From assembly GCF_036507355.1 (NCBI RefSeq), contig NZ_AP027877.1: a DNA stretch of 64,000 bases; one strand, 5' to 3'. The notes under the pieces are model-generated. The model was given only the letters and a program-made list of their open reading frames with translations. It was not told where the DNA came from and ran no database searches. The stretch is from Escherichia coli (GTDB lineage: Bacteria; Pseudomonadota; Gammaproteobacteria; Enterobacterales; Enterobacteriaceae). The position numbers and the translations under genes were made by a program. Shown here piece by piece: positions 14,563 to 28,534 of this stretch (its first letter is position 1; each line of letters begins with the position of its first letter).

Positions 14563-14928
14563 GTGGAAAAATGTGACTTTTATCACATAATAGTACTAAG
14601 TCTGAATTTTCCGGGTTATCTCAAAATGGAATACGGTTCGACAAAGATGGAAGAGAGACTCTCTCGCAGCCCTGGCGGCAAACTGGCTTTGTGGGCTTTC
14701 TATACATGGTGTGGCTATTTCGTCTGAGCAATGGCGCGTTACATCTGGGTGATGAGCCGGATCCCCGATGCCCCCGTGTCGGGATTTGAAAGCGATTTAG
14801 GCTCTACCGCGGGAAAGTGGTTAGGGGCACTGGTCGGATTTTTATTTATGGCTCTGGTCGGGGCATTGTTAGGCAGCATTGCCTGGTACACCCGACCTCG
14901 TCCCGCACGTAGCAGACGCTATGAATAA
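14563..14928 (+). pseudogene. yedR: Inner membrane protein YedR interrupted by in-frame TGA
   Basis: ORFs 14545-14727 and 14731-14928 are in one frame separated by TGA at 14725-14727; GTG at 14563 to 14928 gives 121 codons. Confidence 0.6.
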
Positions 14929-14967
14929 AAACTGCTAAGGTTGCGACTCTTTGGCAACGGAGCGCGT

Positions 14968-15663
14968 ATGGACTTACAACACTGGCAGGCACAGTTCGAA
15001 AACTGGTTGAAAAACCATCATCAGCACCAGGACGCGGCCCATGACGTGTGTCATTTTCGCCGCGTCTGGGCTACGGCACAGAAGCTGGCGGCAGATGATG
15101 ACGTCGATATGCTGGTGATTTTAACCGCCTGTTATTTTCACGATATTGTGAGCCTGGCGAAAAATCATCCGCAAAGGCAGCGTTCTTCAATCCTGGCGGC
15201 AGAAGAGACGCGTCGCCTGCTCCGTGAAGAGTTCGTGCAATTTCCGGCGGAGAAAATTGAGGCCGTTTGTCATGCAATTGCCGCTCACAGTTTCAGCGCG
15301 CAAATTGCCCCCTTAACAACGGAAGCTAAAATCGTCCAGGATGCGGATCGGCTGGAAGCCCTGGGAGCGATTGGCCTGGCGCGCGTGTTTGCCGTTTCAG
15401 GGGCATTGGGCGTGGCGCTGTTTGATGGCGAAGATCCGTTCGCACAGCATCGCCCGCTTGATGATAAACGTTACGCGCTGGATCATTTCCAGACTAAGTT
15501 GCTGAAGCTACCGCAAACCATGCAAACCGTAAGAGGCAAGCAGCTGGCGCAGCACAACGCGCAATTTTTAGTCGAGTTTATGGCGAAGCTCAGTGCCGAA
15601 CTGGCGGGGGAGAATGAAGGTGTCGATCACAAGGTGATAGATGCGTTTTCACCTGCGGGCTGA
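14968..15663 (+). CDS. yedJ: HD-domain phosphohydrolase
   Basis: 231 aa [14 protein letters not shown]... with HD motif. Confidence 0.9.
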   Translation: MDLQHWQAQFENWLKNHHQHQDAAHDVCHFRRVWATAQKLAADDDVDMLVILTACYFHDIVSLAKNHPQRQRSSILAAEETRRLLREEFVQFPAEKIEAVCHAIAAHSFSAQIAPLTTEAKIVQDADRLEALGAIGLARVFAVSGALGVALFDGEDPFAQHRPLDDKRYALDHFQTKLLKLPQTMQTVRGKQLAQHNAQFLVEFMAKLSAELAGENEGVDHKVIDAFSPAG

Positions 15664-15729
15664 GCGCGTGGCCCTAAATGGCTGTAATTATGTTAACCTG
15701 TCGGCCATCTCAGATGGCCGGTTAAATCT

Positions 15730-17148
15730 ATGCAGGAAAATATATCAGTAACCGATTCATACAGCACCGGGAATGCCGCACAGGCAATGCTGGAGAAACT
15801 GCTGCAAATTTATGATGTTAAAACGCTGGTGGCGCAGCTTAATGGTGTGGGTGAGAATCACTGGAGCGCGGCAATTTTAAAACGTGCGCTGGCGAATGAC
15901 TCGGCATGGCACCGTTTAAGTGAGAAAGAGTTCGCCCATCTGCAAACGTTGTTACCCAAACCACCGGCACATCATCCGCATTATGCGTTTCGCTTTATCG
16001 ATCTATTTGCCGGAATTGGCGGTATCCGTCGCGGTTTTGAATCGATTGGCGGACAGTGCGTGTTTACCAGCGAATGGAACAAACATGCGGTACGCACTTA
16101 TAAAGCCAACCATTATTGCGACCCGGCGACGCATCATTTTAATGAAGATATCCGCGACATCACCCTCAGCCATAAAGAAGGCGTGAGTGATGAGGCGGCG
16201 GCGGAACATATTCGTCAACACATTCCTGAACACGATGTTTTACTGGCCGGTTTCCCTTGTCAGCCATTTTCGCTGGCTGGCGTATCGAAAAAGAACTCGC
16301 TCGGGCGGGCGCACGGTTTTGCCTGCGATACTCAGGGCACGCTGTTCTTTGATGTGGTGCGCATTATCGACGCGCGTCATCCGGCGATGTTTGTGCTCGA
16401 AAACGTCAAAAACCTGAAAAGCCACGACCAGGGTAAAACGTTCCGCATCATCATGCAGACGCTGGACGAACTGGGCTATGACGTGGCTGATGCAGAAGAT
16501 AACGGGCCGGACGATCCGAAAATCATCGATGGTAAACATTTTCTGCCGCAGCACCGTGAACGCATCGTGCTGGTGGGTTTTCGTCGCGATCTTAATCTGA
16601 AAGCCGATTTTACTCTGCGTGATATCAGCGAATGTTTCCCTGCACAGCGAGTGACGCTGGCGCAGCTGCTGGACCCGATGGTCGAGGCGAAATATATCCT
16701 GACGCCGGTGCTGTGGAAGTACCTCTATCGTTATGCGAAAAAACATCAGGCGCGCGGTAACGGCTTCGGTTATGGAATGGTTTATCCGAACAATCCGCAA
16801 AGCGTCACGCGTACGCTGTCTGCGCGTTATTACAAAGATGGCGCGGAAATTTTAATCGATCGCGGCTGGGATATGGCCACGGGTGAGAAAGACTTTGACG
16901 ATCCGCTGAATCAGCAACATCGTCCACGTCGGTTAACGCCTCGGGAATGCGCGCGCTTAATGGGTTTTGAAGCGCCGGGAGAAGCGAAATTCCGCATTCC
17001 GGTTTCGGACACTCAGGCCTATCGCCAGTTCGGTAACTCGGTGGTCGTGCCGGTCTTTGCCGCGGTGGCAAAACTGCTTGAGCCAAAAATCAAACAGGCG
17101 GTGGCGTTGCGTCAGCAAGAGGCACAACATGGCCGACGTTCACGATAA
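15730..17148 (+). CDS. dcm: DNA-cytosine C5 methyltransferase Dcm
   Basis: 472 aa with FAGIGG and PCQ motifs. Confidence 0.95.
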   Translation: MQENISVTDSYSTGNAAQAMLEKLLQIYDVKTLVAQLNGVGENHWSAAILKRALANDSAWHRLSEKEFAHLQTLLPKPPAHHPHYAFRFIDLFAGIGGIRRGFESIGGQCVFTSEWNKHAVRTYKANHYCDPATHHFNEDIRDITLSHKEGVSDEAAAEHIRQHIPEHDVLLAGFPCQPFSLAGVSKKNSLGRAHGFACDTQGTLFFDVVRIIDARHPAMFVLENVKNLKSHDQGKTFRIIMQTLDELGYDVADAEDNGPDDPKIIDGKHFLPQHRERIVLVGFRRDLNLKADFTLRDISECFPAQRVTLAQLLDPMVEAKYILTPVLWKYLYRYAKKHQARGNGFGYGMVYPNNPQSVTRTLSARYYKDGAEILIDRGWDMATGEKDFDDPLNQQHRPRRLTPRECARLMGFEAPGEAKFRIPVSDTQAYRQFGNSVVVPVFAAVAKLLEPKIKQAVALRQQEAQHGRRSR

Positions 17149-17599
17149 GGCCACTCGCAGCAAAAATATGCGCGCGATTGCCACGCGTGATACGGCGATT
17201 GAGAAGCGCCTCGCCAGTCTGTTAACCGGGCAGGGCCTGGCGTTTCGCGTTCAGGACGCCAGTCTGCCCGGACGCCCGGATTTTGTCGTTGATGAATATC
17301 GCTGCGTGATATTTACCCATGGCTGCTTCTGGCATCATCATCACTGCTATCTGTTTAAAGTGCCTGCGACTCGAAGCGAGTTCTGGCTGGAGAAGATAGG
17401 TAAAAATGTTGAGCGCGATCGCCGCGATATCAGTCGCTTGCAGGAACTCGGCTGGCGCGTATTGATTGTCTGGGAGTGCGCGTTACGTGGGCGCGAGAAG
17501 CTGACGGATGAAGCGCTTACCGAGCGTCTGGAAGAGTGGATCTGCGGCGAAGGTGCCAGCGCGCAGATCGACACGCAGGGGATACATTTACTCGCTTGA
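17129..17599 (+). CDS. vsr: Very-short-patch repair endonuclease Vsr
   Basis: 156 aa [16 protein letters not shown]...; start overlaps the dcm 3' end in another frame. Confidence 0.93.
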   Translation: MADVHDKATRSKNMRAIATRDTAIEKRLASLLTGQGLAFRVQDASLPGRPDFVVDEYRCVIFTHGCFWHHHHCYLFKVPATRSEFWLEKIGKNVERDRRDISRLQELGWRVLIVWECALRGREKLTDEALTERLEEWICGEGASAQIDTQGIHLLA

Positions 17600-18508
17600 T
17601 GCGTCCTGAATAACTGGCGCAACTACGGGTTTTGCCGGGAAGAGATATTTTCCCAACGTGACCAGTACCACCGCGAAGACAATTACGCCGAGCGCCAGCC
17701 ATTCAATCTTCGACAGCGTCTCTCCGCCCAGTCCCGTACCCAGCAAGACCGCGACCACCGGGTTAACGTAGGCGTAGCTGGTGGCGAGAGCCGGACTGAC
17801 ATTACGGATTAAATACATATAAGCGTTGATGGCGATAATCGAACCAAACAGCGCCAGATAGCCGACCGCAAGGAAGCCTGAAAGGGAAGGGAGCGCCGTC
17901 AGTTTTTCACCCGCAATCATCGACGCGATCATTAACACCACGCCTGCCGCCAGCATCTCAATCGCACCCGCCATCATCCCTACAGGTAAGGTAATGCGCG
18001 AGCCATAAACTGAGCCAAACGCCCAGCTAATCGAGCCGATTAAAATCAGAATCGCGCCCCACGGATTGCCGCTTAAATTTCCACCGCTATTGAGCATGAT
18101 GATTCCGGCAAGCCCAATGGCAATACCCACCCATTCCAGTTTGCGCGTTTTAATGCCAAACAGGCGGCTGAAGCACAGGGTAAAGAGGGGCACGGTTGCA
18201 ACCACTACGGCGGCGATGCCGGAAGGAACATTTTGATGTTCGGCAACCGTCACCATGCCATTACCGACAGCCAGCAATAACAGGCCAATCAGCGCGGCAT
18301 TGAGCAGCGGACGTAGCGGGGGGAGTTTGTGTCCGCGCAGTAGCAAAAATGCCAGCAATAAAATACCGGCTACCAGGAATCGAACGCCCGCCATCATTAA
18401 CGGAGGCCAGCTTTCCACGCCAATCCGAATGACAAAATAGGTTGAGCCCCAAATGATATACAACGCAAACAGCGCGCCAAAAAGCGGTAACAACTGGCGG
18501 AAACGCAT
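17588..18508 (-). CDS. yedA: EamA/DMT-family transporter
   Basis: 306 aa, ten predicted TM helices. Confidence 0.9.
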   Translation of the reverse strand: MRFRQLLPLFGALFALYIIWGSTYFVIRIGVESWPPLMMAGVRFLVAGILLLAFLLLRGHKLPPLRPLLNAALIGLLLLAVGNGMVTVAEHQNVPSGIAAVVVATVPLFTLCFSRLFGIKTRKLEWVGIAIGLAGIIMLNSGGNLSGNPWGAILILIGSISWAFGSVYGSRITLPVGMMAGAIEMLAAGVVLMIASMIAGEKLTALPSLSGFLAVGYLALFGSIIAINAYMYLIRNVSPALATSYAYVNPVVAVLLGTGLGGETLSKIEWLALGVIVFAVVLVTLGKYLFPAKPVVAPVIQDASSE

Positions 18509-18680
18509 AATCCCTCACGGTGGAAATAAAAAGGTGGTTCATAGTAAACGTGAAAATCATTCTGCTGGCGAGAGATATAATTGCACTTGATTGTTAAAAA
18601 AATGTTGACCTGTGAAGCAAGTATCAGAGCTGCCGTTTTTGCTTCATACTTACACCCTTCAACAATAAAAATGAGAGGGA

Positions 18681-19598
18681 ATGCTTTTGGCCGGGAGTAG
18701 TTTACTGACGTTGCTCGATGATATCGCCACACTGCTGGACGATATCTCCGTGATGGGCAAACTGGCGGCGAAGAAAACCGCCGGTGTATTAGGGGATGAC
18801 TTATCGCTCAATGCGCAACAAGTTTCAGGCGTGCGGGCCAACCGGGAACTTCCCGTGGTCTGGGGCGTGGCGAAAGGATCGCTGATTAATAAAGTGATTC
18901 TGGTGCCACTGGCGCTGATCATCAGTGCGTTTATCCCGTGGGCGATTACGCCTCTGTTGATGATTGGTGGCGCGTTTCTCTGCTTTGAAGGGGTAGAGAA
19001 AGTGCTGCATATGCTGGAGGCGCGTAAACATAAAGAAGATCCGGCGCAGAGTCAGCAGCGTCTGGAGAAGCTGGCGGCGCAGGATCCGCTGAAGTTTGAA
19101 AAGGACAAAATAAAAGGGGCGATTCGTACCGATTTTATATTGTCTGCCGAAATCGTCGCCATCACGCTGGGGATTGTGGCCGAAGCGCCGTTGCTTAATC
19201 AGGTGCTGGTGCTTTCAGGCATCGCGCTGGTAGTGACCGTGGGCGTCTACGGTCTGGTAGGGGTTATCGTTAAGATTGATGACCTGGGGTATTGGCTGGC
19301 GGAAAAATCCAGCGCGCTGATGCAGGCATTAGGTAAAGGGTTATTGATTATCGCGCCCTGGCTGATGAAAGCGTTATCGATTGTCGGCACGCTGGCGATG
19401 TTCCTCGTCGGCGGCGGGATTGTGGTACATGGTATTGCGCCGCTGCATCACGCCATTGAACATTTCGCCGGGCAGCAAAGTGCAGTGGTGGCGATGATAT
19501 TACCGACTGTTTTAAATCTGATTCTTGGATTTATCATCGGCGGCATCGTGGTGCTGGGAGTGAAAGCCGTAGCGAAAATGCGCGGTCAGGCACATTAA
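18681..19598 (+). CDS. yedI: DUF808 inner membrane protein
   Basis: 305 aa. Confidence 0.88.
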   Translation: MLLAGSSLLTLLDDIATLLDDISVMGKLAAKKTAGVLGDDLSLNAQQVSGVRANRELPVVWGVAKGSLINKVILVPLALIISAFIPWAITPLLMIGGAFLCFEGVEKVLHMLEARKHKEDPAQSQQRLEKLAAQDPLKFEKDKIKGAIRTDFILSAEIVAITLGIVAEAPLLNQVLVLSGIALVVTVGVYGLVGVIVKIDDLGYWLAEKSSALMQALGKGLLIIAPWLMKALSIVGTLAMFLVGGGIVVHGIAPLHHAIEHFAGQQSAVVAMILPTVLNLILGFIIGGIVVLGVKAVAKMRGQAH

Positions 19599-19676
19599 TA
19601 CTCGCACAGGCTATTATGCAAAATTCGCCATCTTCAACTAAGGTGAACAAGTTTCACTCGAAAAAAGGAGGCGAGT

Positions 19677-19859
19677 ATGAGCTTTATGGTTAGTGAGGAA
19701 GTTACGGTTAAAGAGGGCGGCCCGCGGATGATTGTCACTGGATACTCCAGCGGTATGGTTGAGTGTCGTTGGTATGACGGTTACGGGGTCAAGCGGGAAG
19801 CTTTTCATGAAACCGAGCTTGTTCCGGGGGAGGGGAGTCGTTCTGCGGAAGAAGTTTGA
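19677..19859 (+). CDS. yodC: Small protein YodC
   Basis: 60 aa, good RBS AAAGGAGG. Confidence 0.8.
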   Translation: MSFMVSEEVTVKEGGPRMIVTGYSSGMVECRWYDGYGVKREAFHETELVPGEGSRSAEEV

Positions 19860-19875
19860 AAGGGAATCATTAACG

Positions 19876-19900
19876 CCAGGCCGGATCACATCCGGCCTGG
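19876..19900. repeat. Perfect 10-bp stem hairpin (REP-like) after yodC
   Basis: CCAGGCCGGA-TCACA-TCCGGCCTGG; no U tract. Confidence 0.45.
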
Positions 19901-20029
19901 TGTGCCAATGCCTGAAATGAATGATAGTCGCGTCTTATCATGCCACCATTATAAAATTATCGCTGTTTTGCGGTACGCTATCGCCAGGTTATGCCAGAAT
20001 CATAAAAAAGCAGGTGGGGAGTCGTCAGG

Positions 20030-22555
<2,526 letters not shown>

Positions 22556-22734
22556 TTACCAGGATGATTCTCAAAACAGCACAAATTATCAAAGATGATT
22601 TTTTCGGGAGCGATCCCGCTGACGCCAGAGCCACCAAGGGGTGACGTGCGTCACATTTCTATTCATAAGTAGCGTTAATCATTCATATGGCGAATATTTT
22701 CTTGTCAGCGAAAAAAATTGCGGATAAGGTGATG

Positions 22735-22821
22735 AACACATCAGATTTCCTGGTGTAACGAATTTTTTAAGTGCTTCTTGCTTAAGCAAGTTTCATCCCG
22801 ACCCCCTCAGGGTCGGGATTT
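22735..22821 (+). ncRNA. dsrA: DsrA small regulatory RNA
   Basis: 87 nt AACACATCAGATTTCCTGGTG...GGGTCGGGATTT; three stem-loops, 3' terminator hairpin 22795-22819 plus U-run; between yedP and yodD as in K-12. Confidence 0.9.
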
Positions 22822-22834
22822 TTTTATTGTGCAT

Positions 22835-23062
22835 TCAACGATTCACTTCAGAGACGCTGAAGTCATGAATATCCAGTTCGAAGGCATCCGCCAATTCACG
22901 CCATGTATGATATTCACGTCCATCGACGCTAACGTGTTCAGAATCGTTCTGGCTGCGATGAACTTCGCTTTCGCTAATTTCATTGATCGCCGCCAGCAGG
23001 GCATCGACATCGACGCTGACCTCACGTTTTGCGGTATCGCTGTACTCTTTTGCGGTTTTCAT
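22835..23062 (-). CDS. yodD: Stress-induced small protein YodD
   Basis: 75 aa MKTAKEYSDTAKREV... Confidence 0.85.
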   Translation of the reverse strand: MKTAKEYSDTAKREVSVDVDALLAAINEISESEVHRSQNDSEHVSVDGREYHTWRELADAFELDIHDFSVSEVNR

Positions 23063-23134
23063 CATCTTTCCTCGCAACCGTTACTCTGTTGTTGCCGCCA
23101 GTCGTTAAGTCCGCCTGGCATCTCTTAAGTATAG

Positions 23135-23413
<279 letters not shown>

Positions 23414-23456
23414 TCTAATTCAGCCTGACTGGTGGGAAACCACCAGTCAGAATGTG

Positions 23457-24080
23457 TTAGCGCATGTTGACAAAAATACCATTAGTCACATTATCCGTCA
23501 GTCGGACGACATGGTAGATAACCTGTTTATTATGCGTTTTGATCTTACGTTTAATATTACCTTTATGCGATGAAACGGTCTTGGCTTTGATATTCATTTG
23601 GTCGGAGATTTGAATGGTTCCCTGACCTGCCATCCACATTCGCAACATACTCGATTCGGTTCGGCTCAATGATAACGTCGGCATATTTAAAAACGAGGTT
23701 ATCGTTGTCTCTTTTTTCAGAATATCGCCAAGGATATCGTCGAGAGATTCCGGTTTAATCGATTTAGAACTTATCAATAAATTTTTTCTGACCAATAGAT
23801 ATTCATCAAAATGAACATTGGCAATTGCCATAAAAACGATAAATAACGTATTGGGATGTTGATTAATGATGAGCTTGATACGCTGACTGTTAGAAGCATC
23901 ATGGATGAAACAGTCCTCATTAATAAACACCACTGAAGGGCGCTGTGAATCACAAGCTATGGCAAGGTCATCAACGGTTTCAATGTCGTTGATTTCTCTT
24001 TTTTTAACCCCTCTACTCAACAGATACCCGGTTAAACCTAGTCGGGTGTAACTACATAAATCCATAATAATCGTTGACAT
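23457..24080 (-). CDS. rcsA: Colanic acid capsule regulator RcsA (LuxR-type HTH)
   Basis: 207 aa [16 protein letters not shown]... Confidence 0.93.
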
Positions 24081-24369
24081 GGCATACCCTCACTCAATGC
24101 GTAACGATAATTCCCCTTACCTGAATATTTCATCATGACTAAACGGAACAACATGGGTCACCTAATGCGCCACTCTCGCGATTTTTCAGGCGGACTTACT
24201 ATCCCGTAAAGTGTTGTATAATTTGCCTGGAATTGTCTTAAAGTAAAGTAAATGTTGCGATATGTGAGTGAGCTTAAAACAAATATTTCGCTGCAGGAGT
24301 ATCCTGGAAGATGTTCGTAGGTATTATTTTTCGGATAATCCTTAGGATAACATGATAAACGTTACGGAA

Positions 24370-25155
24370 TTATATTAATGGCAATTCACTAATAATATCA
24401 GCCAGCAAATTAAAAATTTCACTGAATAAATGTTCGCAAAAAGGCGCAATTAACGGCATTAATGCCGCCATTAAAGAGATGCCGACAGTCAGAGTTAATG
24501 GAAATCCAATAACAAAAATGGATAATTGCGGGGCCATACGATTAAGTAAACCTAATGCCAGATTCAGTGTCAGCAGCAGAGTAATGAGCGGTAACGCCAG
24601 CATCAGCCCGTTAAGGAAAATCAAACTCCCTGCTTTGGTGAGTGCCAGAAACGCATTGCTGTTCAACGGTTCGCCACCAATCGGCAGGGTGTGAAAGGTA
24701 TCGACCAGCAGTGAAATCAACCATAAATGACCGTTAAATGTCAGGAACAGCAGTAACGCCAGCATATCCATGATACGCGCTAAAACGGGCATATTAAGAT
24801 GGCTGGCCGGATCGACAAATGTCGCAAATGACAGCCCCATTTGCAGACCGATAATTTCGCCAGCGGTTCGCACAGCGGCAAAGGCAAATTGCATGGTAAA
24901 ACCAAGCGCAATGCCGATCAGGATCTGCTGCACGGCCAGCCACAGAGCAAAGAACGAAAAAACAGGAACATCGTTGGCAGGTAATGATGGAGCAATGGCG
25001 AATGTGATCATCATTGCCAGACCCAGTTTTACCCGTTTCGGTACGCTGCGTTCGCTCAGAATCGGCGCGGTGGAGATCAGCGCCAGCACGCGCAGTAACG
25101 GCCAGAAGTACAGGCTTAACCAGGATAGCCATTGTTCGCTTGTCACCTGCAACAT
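24370..25155 (-). CDS. fliR: Flagellar export apparatus protein FliR
   Basis: 261 aa from MLQVTSEQW; polytopic. Confidence 0.92.
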   Translation of the reverse strand: MLQVTSEQWLSWLSLYFWPLLRVLALISTAPILSERSVPKRVKLGLAMMITFAIAPSLPANDVPVFSFFALWLAVQQILIGIALGFTMQFAFAAVRTAGEIIGLQMGLSFATFVDPASHLNMPVLARIMDMLALLLFLTFNGHLWLISLLVDTFHTLPIGGEPLNSNAFLALTKAGSLIFLNGLMLALPLITLLLTLNLALGLLNRMAPQLSIFVIGFPLTLTVGISLMAALMPLIAPFCEHLFSEIFNLLADIISELPLI

Positions 25156-25162
25156 AGTACGG

Positions 25163-25432
25163 CTACCCGATGATATACGGCAGGTTAGTGAACAAGGTGC
25201 GGACGTAATCCAGCAACAGATTGAGCATCCACGGTCCGGCAATAATAATGGCGATAAATACGGCGATGATTTTCGGAATAAACGACAGCGTCATTTCGTT
25301 AATCTGCGTGGCGGCCTGCAAAATACTGATGATAAGGCCCGTGACCAACGCTACCAACAATAGCGGGGCAGCCAGTGCCAGCGCGACTTTCATCGCTTCA
25401 GTCCCCATCATCATGACCGATTCAGGTGTCAT
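25163..25432 (-). CDS. fliQ: Flagellar export apparatus protein FliQ
   Basis: 89 aa. Confidence 0.92.
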   Translation of the reverse strand: MTPESVMMMGTEAMKVALALAAPLLLVALVTGLIISILQAATQINEMTLSFIPKIIAVFIAIIIAGPWMLNLLLDYVRTLFTNLPYIIG

Positions 25433-25441
25433 TTTGCCTCT

Positions 25442-26179
25442 CTAGCTGTAAAAGCTCTGCGCCAGCGAACCGACCAGCAATTGCCAGCCATCCACCAGTA
25501 CAAACAGCATCAGTTTAAAGGGCAGAGCAATGGTGGCTGGGGGAACCATCATCATCCCCAATGCCATCAACACGCTGGCTATCACCAGGTCGATAATCAA
25601 AAAAGGGATGAAAATCGTGAAGCCTATCTGAAATGCGGTTTTCAACTCGCTGGTCACGTAGGCCGGGAGCAAAATGCGCATCGGCACGGCTTCAGGTCCC
25701 TGCAACGGGCCGGTATTCGCCAGTCTGGCAAACAACCCTAAATCTGCCTCACGGGTCTGACGCAGCATAAACTCACGCAGCGGCTGCGCCCCTTTTTCCA
25801 GCGCCTCCTGCATTGATATTTTCTCTTCACTGAATGGCTGGTACGCATCGACATAAATTTTGTCGATCACTGGCGACATAATAAAAAAGGTCAAAAACAG
25901 TGCCAGCCCCAGCAATACCTGGTTAGGTGGCGCGGAGGGTGTTCCCAGTGCGTTACGCAATAAACCAAAAACAATGATGATGCGGGTGAAACTGGTCATC
26001 ATCAGTAAAATTGCCGGAATAAACGTCAACGAGGTGATGAACACCAGCGTCTGCACCGGGAGCGACCAGCTTTGTCCACCGCCAGGCAGCGGCTGGCTGG
26101 TGATACCCGGCAGTTGCGCGAAGGCGAGGGGCGTAATCAGCCAGAGAAGGACAGGTGCGACAGACAATAAACGACGCAT
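25442..26179 (-). CDS. fliP: Flagellar export apparatus protein FliP
   Basis: 245 aa with signal peptide. Confidence 0.93.
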   Translation of the reverse strand: MRRLLSVAPVLLWLITPLAFAQLPGITSQPLPGGGQSWSLPVQTLVFITSLTFIPAILLMMTSFTRIIIVFGLLRNALGTPSAPPNQVLLGLALFLTFFIMSPVIDKIYVDAYQPFSEEKISMQEALEKGAQPLREFMLRQTREADLGLFARLANTGPLQGPEAVPMRILLPAYVTSELKTAFQIGFTIFIPFLIIDLVIASVLMALGMMMVPPATIALPFKLMLFVLVDGWQLLVGSLAQSFYS

Positions 26180-26544
26180 CAGGATCTCCCACTACGCTTA
26201 AGCAAATTTTTCATGACCGACTGAAAATCGGTCTGCGGTATCTCTTCTGTTGGTGCTGAAGGGGGAAGTTTATGCAGCAGATTGATTTGCCCTGCGGTAA
26301 CGCCGAGCACCAGCCGTGCATCTTCCACATCGACCACCACAACCCGTTCACGCGCGCCCAGCGAAGCACTGGCGCTAATTTTCAGACCGTTAACGCCAGT
26401 GCGTTTAGGGGCAAATCCCAGCCGTTTTACCAGCCAGGCAGCAGCGAGGATCAGGGCAATAATGGCGATGAGTGCGCCGCTCACCTGCAGCAGTGGCGCA
26501 GCAGAAACCGGCGCGGAAGATTGCACAGTAGCGTGGTTATTCAT
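26179..26544 (-). CDS. fliO: Flagellar protein FliO
   Basis: 121 aa from MNNHATVQ. Confidence 0.9.
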   Translation of the reverse strand: MNNHATVQSSAPVSAAPLLQVSGALIAIIALILAAAWLVKRLGFAPKRTGVNGLKISASASLGARERVVVVDVEDARLVLGVTAGQINLLHKLPPSAPTEEIPQTDFQSVMKNLLKRSGRS

Positions 26545-26546
26545 CA

Positions 26547-26960
26547 CTAACGGCTCAGGCGGCGCATTCGCTCAGACGGAGTAATGATATCGGTGATCCG
26601 CACGCCATATTTATCGGCAACGACCACCACTTCGCCCTGGGCGATTAAATAACCGTTGATCAGAATATCCAGTGGTTCGCCCGCCAGACCGTCCAGCGCC
26701 ACGACGGACCCTTGCGTCAGACGCAACAGCTCTTTGATGGTCATCCGCGTACGGCCCAGCTCGACGGTCAGCTTGACCGGAATATCCATAATCAGGTCGA
26801 TATCCTGCAACGTTCCGCTGACATCACCACCGCCAAATTGCTGGAACACCGCGTCGGCAGCGCTTTTGCTGCTGGTTGATTTTTGTTCGCTCAACGCTTC
26901 AGCCCACAGATCGTCCATTGCGCCGTTGTTGTCATCGGCCGGATTATTCATGTCACTCAT
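26547..26960 (-). CDS. fliN: Flagellar motor switch protein FliN
   Basis: 137 aa. Confidence 0.93.
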   Translation of the reverse strand: MSDMNNPADDNNGAMDDLWAEALSEQKSTSSKSAADAVFQQFGGGDVSGTLQDIDLIMDIPVKLTVELGRTRMTIKELLRLTQGSVVALDGLAGEPLDILINGYLIAQGEVVVVADKYGVRITDIITPSERMRRLSR

Positions 26961-27961
26961 TTGGGCTGTTCCTCGTTCAGAGAATTTAAAATCGGGTTAA
27001 TCAAATGTTCTATCCGTAACGCATACTGACCGTTGAGGGTGCCGTACTGACTGGTCAGTACCGGAACGCCGTCAACATGAGCGATGATGCGATCGGGTTT
27101 TTCTATCGGCAGGACGTCGCCGGGGTTCAGTTTTAAAATCTGCGACAGGCGTAGCGAGATATCGGCAAAGTTGGCGACCAGCTCCAGCTGTGAATGCTGC
27201 ACCTGGCGCACCAGGTTATCGCGCCAGTTCTGATCTTCATTATGCGAGTTTTCCAGCGGCGGGTTAACCAACAATTCCCGTAGCGGCTCGATCATGCTGA
27301 ATGGCAGGCAGATATTAAATTCGCCGGTCAGGTTGCCAATCTCCACATGGAACGGCGTGTTAACCACAATGTCGTTCGGCGAGGTGGTGATATTGGTAAA
27401 TTTCACCTGCATTTCCGAACGCACGTACTCAACTTCCAGCGGATTAATCGCCTTCCATGCGTCGCTATAGCCTTCAAGCGCCAGTTTCAACATGCGGTTG
27501 ATGACGCGCTGTTCGGTATGGGTAAACTCGCGGCCTTCCACTTTGGTCGGGAAGCGTCCATCGCCGCCAAACAGGTTATCCACGGCGATAAACACCAGAC
27601 TCGGCGAGAACACCACCAGCCCTGTGCCGCGCAGCGGTTTCAGATGGATAAGGTTCAGGTTGGTCGGCACCGGCAGGTTGCGGGCAAATTCATGGTACGG
27701 CTGAATGCGGATGGCCCCGACGGTTATATCCGGGCTACGACGCAGCAGGTTGAACAGCCCCATACGAAAATGGCGGGCAAAGCGCTCATTAATGATTTCC
27801 AGCGCCTGCAAACGTTCGCGCACAACCCGTCGTTGGGTATTCGGATCGTACGGACGAATGTCACTTTCGCCGCTAACACTGGCTGTCGGTTCGTCTTTGA
27901 CTTCGCTGTCACCATTCAACAGCGCATCAATTTCAGCTTGAGAAAGAATACTATCGCCCAT
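26957..27961 (-). CDS. fliM: Flagellar motor switch protein FliM
   Basis: 334 aa from MGDSILSQAEIDALL. Confidence 0.93.
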   Translation of the reverse strand: MGDSILSQAEIDALLNGDSEVKDEPTASVSGESDIRPYDPNTQRRVVRERLQALEIINERFARHFRMGLFNLLRRSPDITVGAIRIQPYHEFARNLPVPTNLNLIHLKPLRGTGLVVFSPSLVFIAVDNLFGGDGRFPTKVEGREFTHTEQRVINRMLKLALEGYSDAWKAINPLEVEYVRSEMQVKFTNITTSPNDIVVNTPFHVEIGNLTGEFNICLPFSMIEPLRELLVNPPLENSHNEDQNWRDNLVRQVQHSQLELVANFADISLRLSQILKLNPGDVLPIEKPDRIIAHVDGVPVLTSQYGTLNGQYALRIEHLINPILNSLNEEQPK

Positions 27962-27965
27962 GTCG

Positions 27966-28430
27966 TTATCGCAGAATAAAAGCGGTATACAGCACGTCGG
28001 TGACATCCTGTTTCGGTTGCCCGGCAACAAGCGGGGTGGAAAGCGTGGTTTTAATCTCGGCAATCAGGTTTTTCTTGCCTTCTTCTGTCGCCAGTACGGC
28101 AGCATCCTGACTCGAAAACAGTAACAGCAAACGGCTACGGACTTCCGGCAAATACTCACTCAGCCGCGAGCGGGTAGCTTCATCTTTCAGGCGCAGGGTT
28201 ATGCCGATATAAAGCACGCGATCCGCATCGCCCAGATTGACCGTAAAGGTATCCAGCGCATAGAAGACCGGGGAGGGCACGACGCGTTGCTGCGCTTTGT
28301 CGTCAGCGGCAACCTGATGCGAATGCCAGTAGCTGTAACCTGCGCTGGCACAGGCCGCGAGGGTAATGAATACCAGAATCGGGATCCAAAGCGATCGCTT
28401 GCTTTTCTTGCTTATCGCGTAATCAGTCAT
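27966..28430 (-). CDS. fliL: Flagellar basal-body-associated protein FliL
   Basis: 154 aa, single TM. Confidence 0.92.
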   Translation of the reverse strand: MTDYAISKKSKRSLWIPILVFITLAACASAGYSYWHSHQVAADDKAQQRVVPSPVFYALDTFTVNLGDADRVLYIGITLRLKDEATRSRLSEYLPEVRSRLLLLFSSQDAAVLATEEGKKNLIAEIKTTLSTPLVAGQPKQDVTDVLYTAFILR

Positions 28431-28534
28431 GTGTTGCGGTCTTCCTGTGTCGCTACTGCTTATCGGCTAATTATCCTGCGTCTTGAGCGCAACAAAGCGG
28501 GGAAAAGACGCGGATTACGGTGCTACCTCTGACG

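Noticed and set aside
22732-22758. Eight-codon ORF (MNTSDFLV) with an SD-like sequence, which looked like a leader peptide before an orphan terminator
   Set aside because: It lies inside DsrA; the terminator is the DsrA 3' end.
23425-23450. Hairpin between convergent dsrB and rcsA as a bidirectional intrinsic terminator
   Set aside because: Good 11-bp stem but no U tract on either strand; it could still aid termination.
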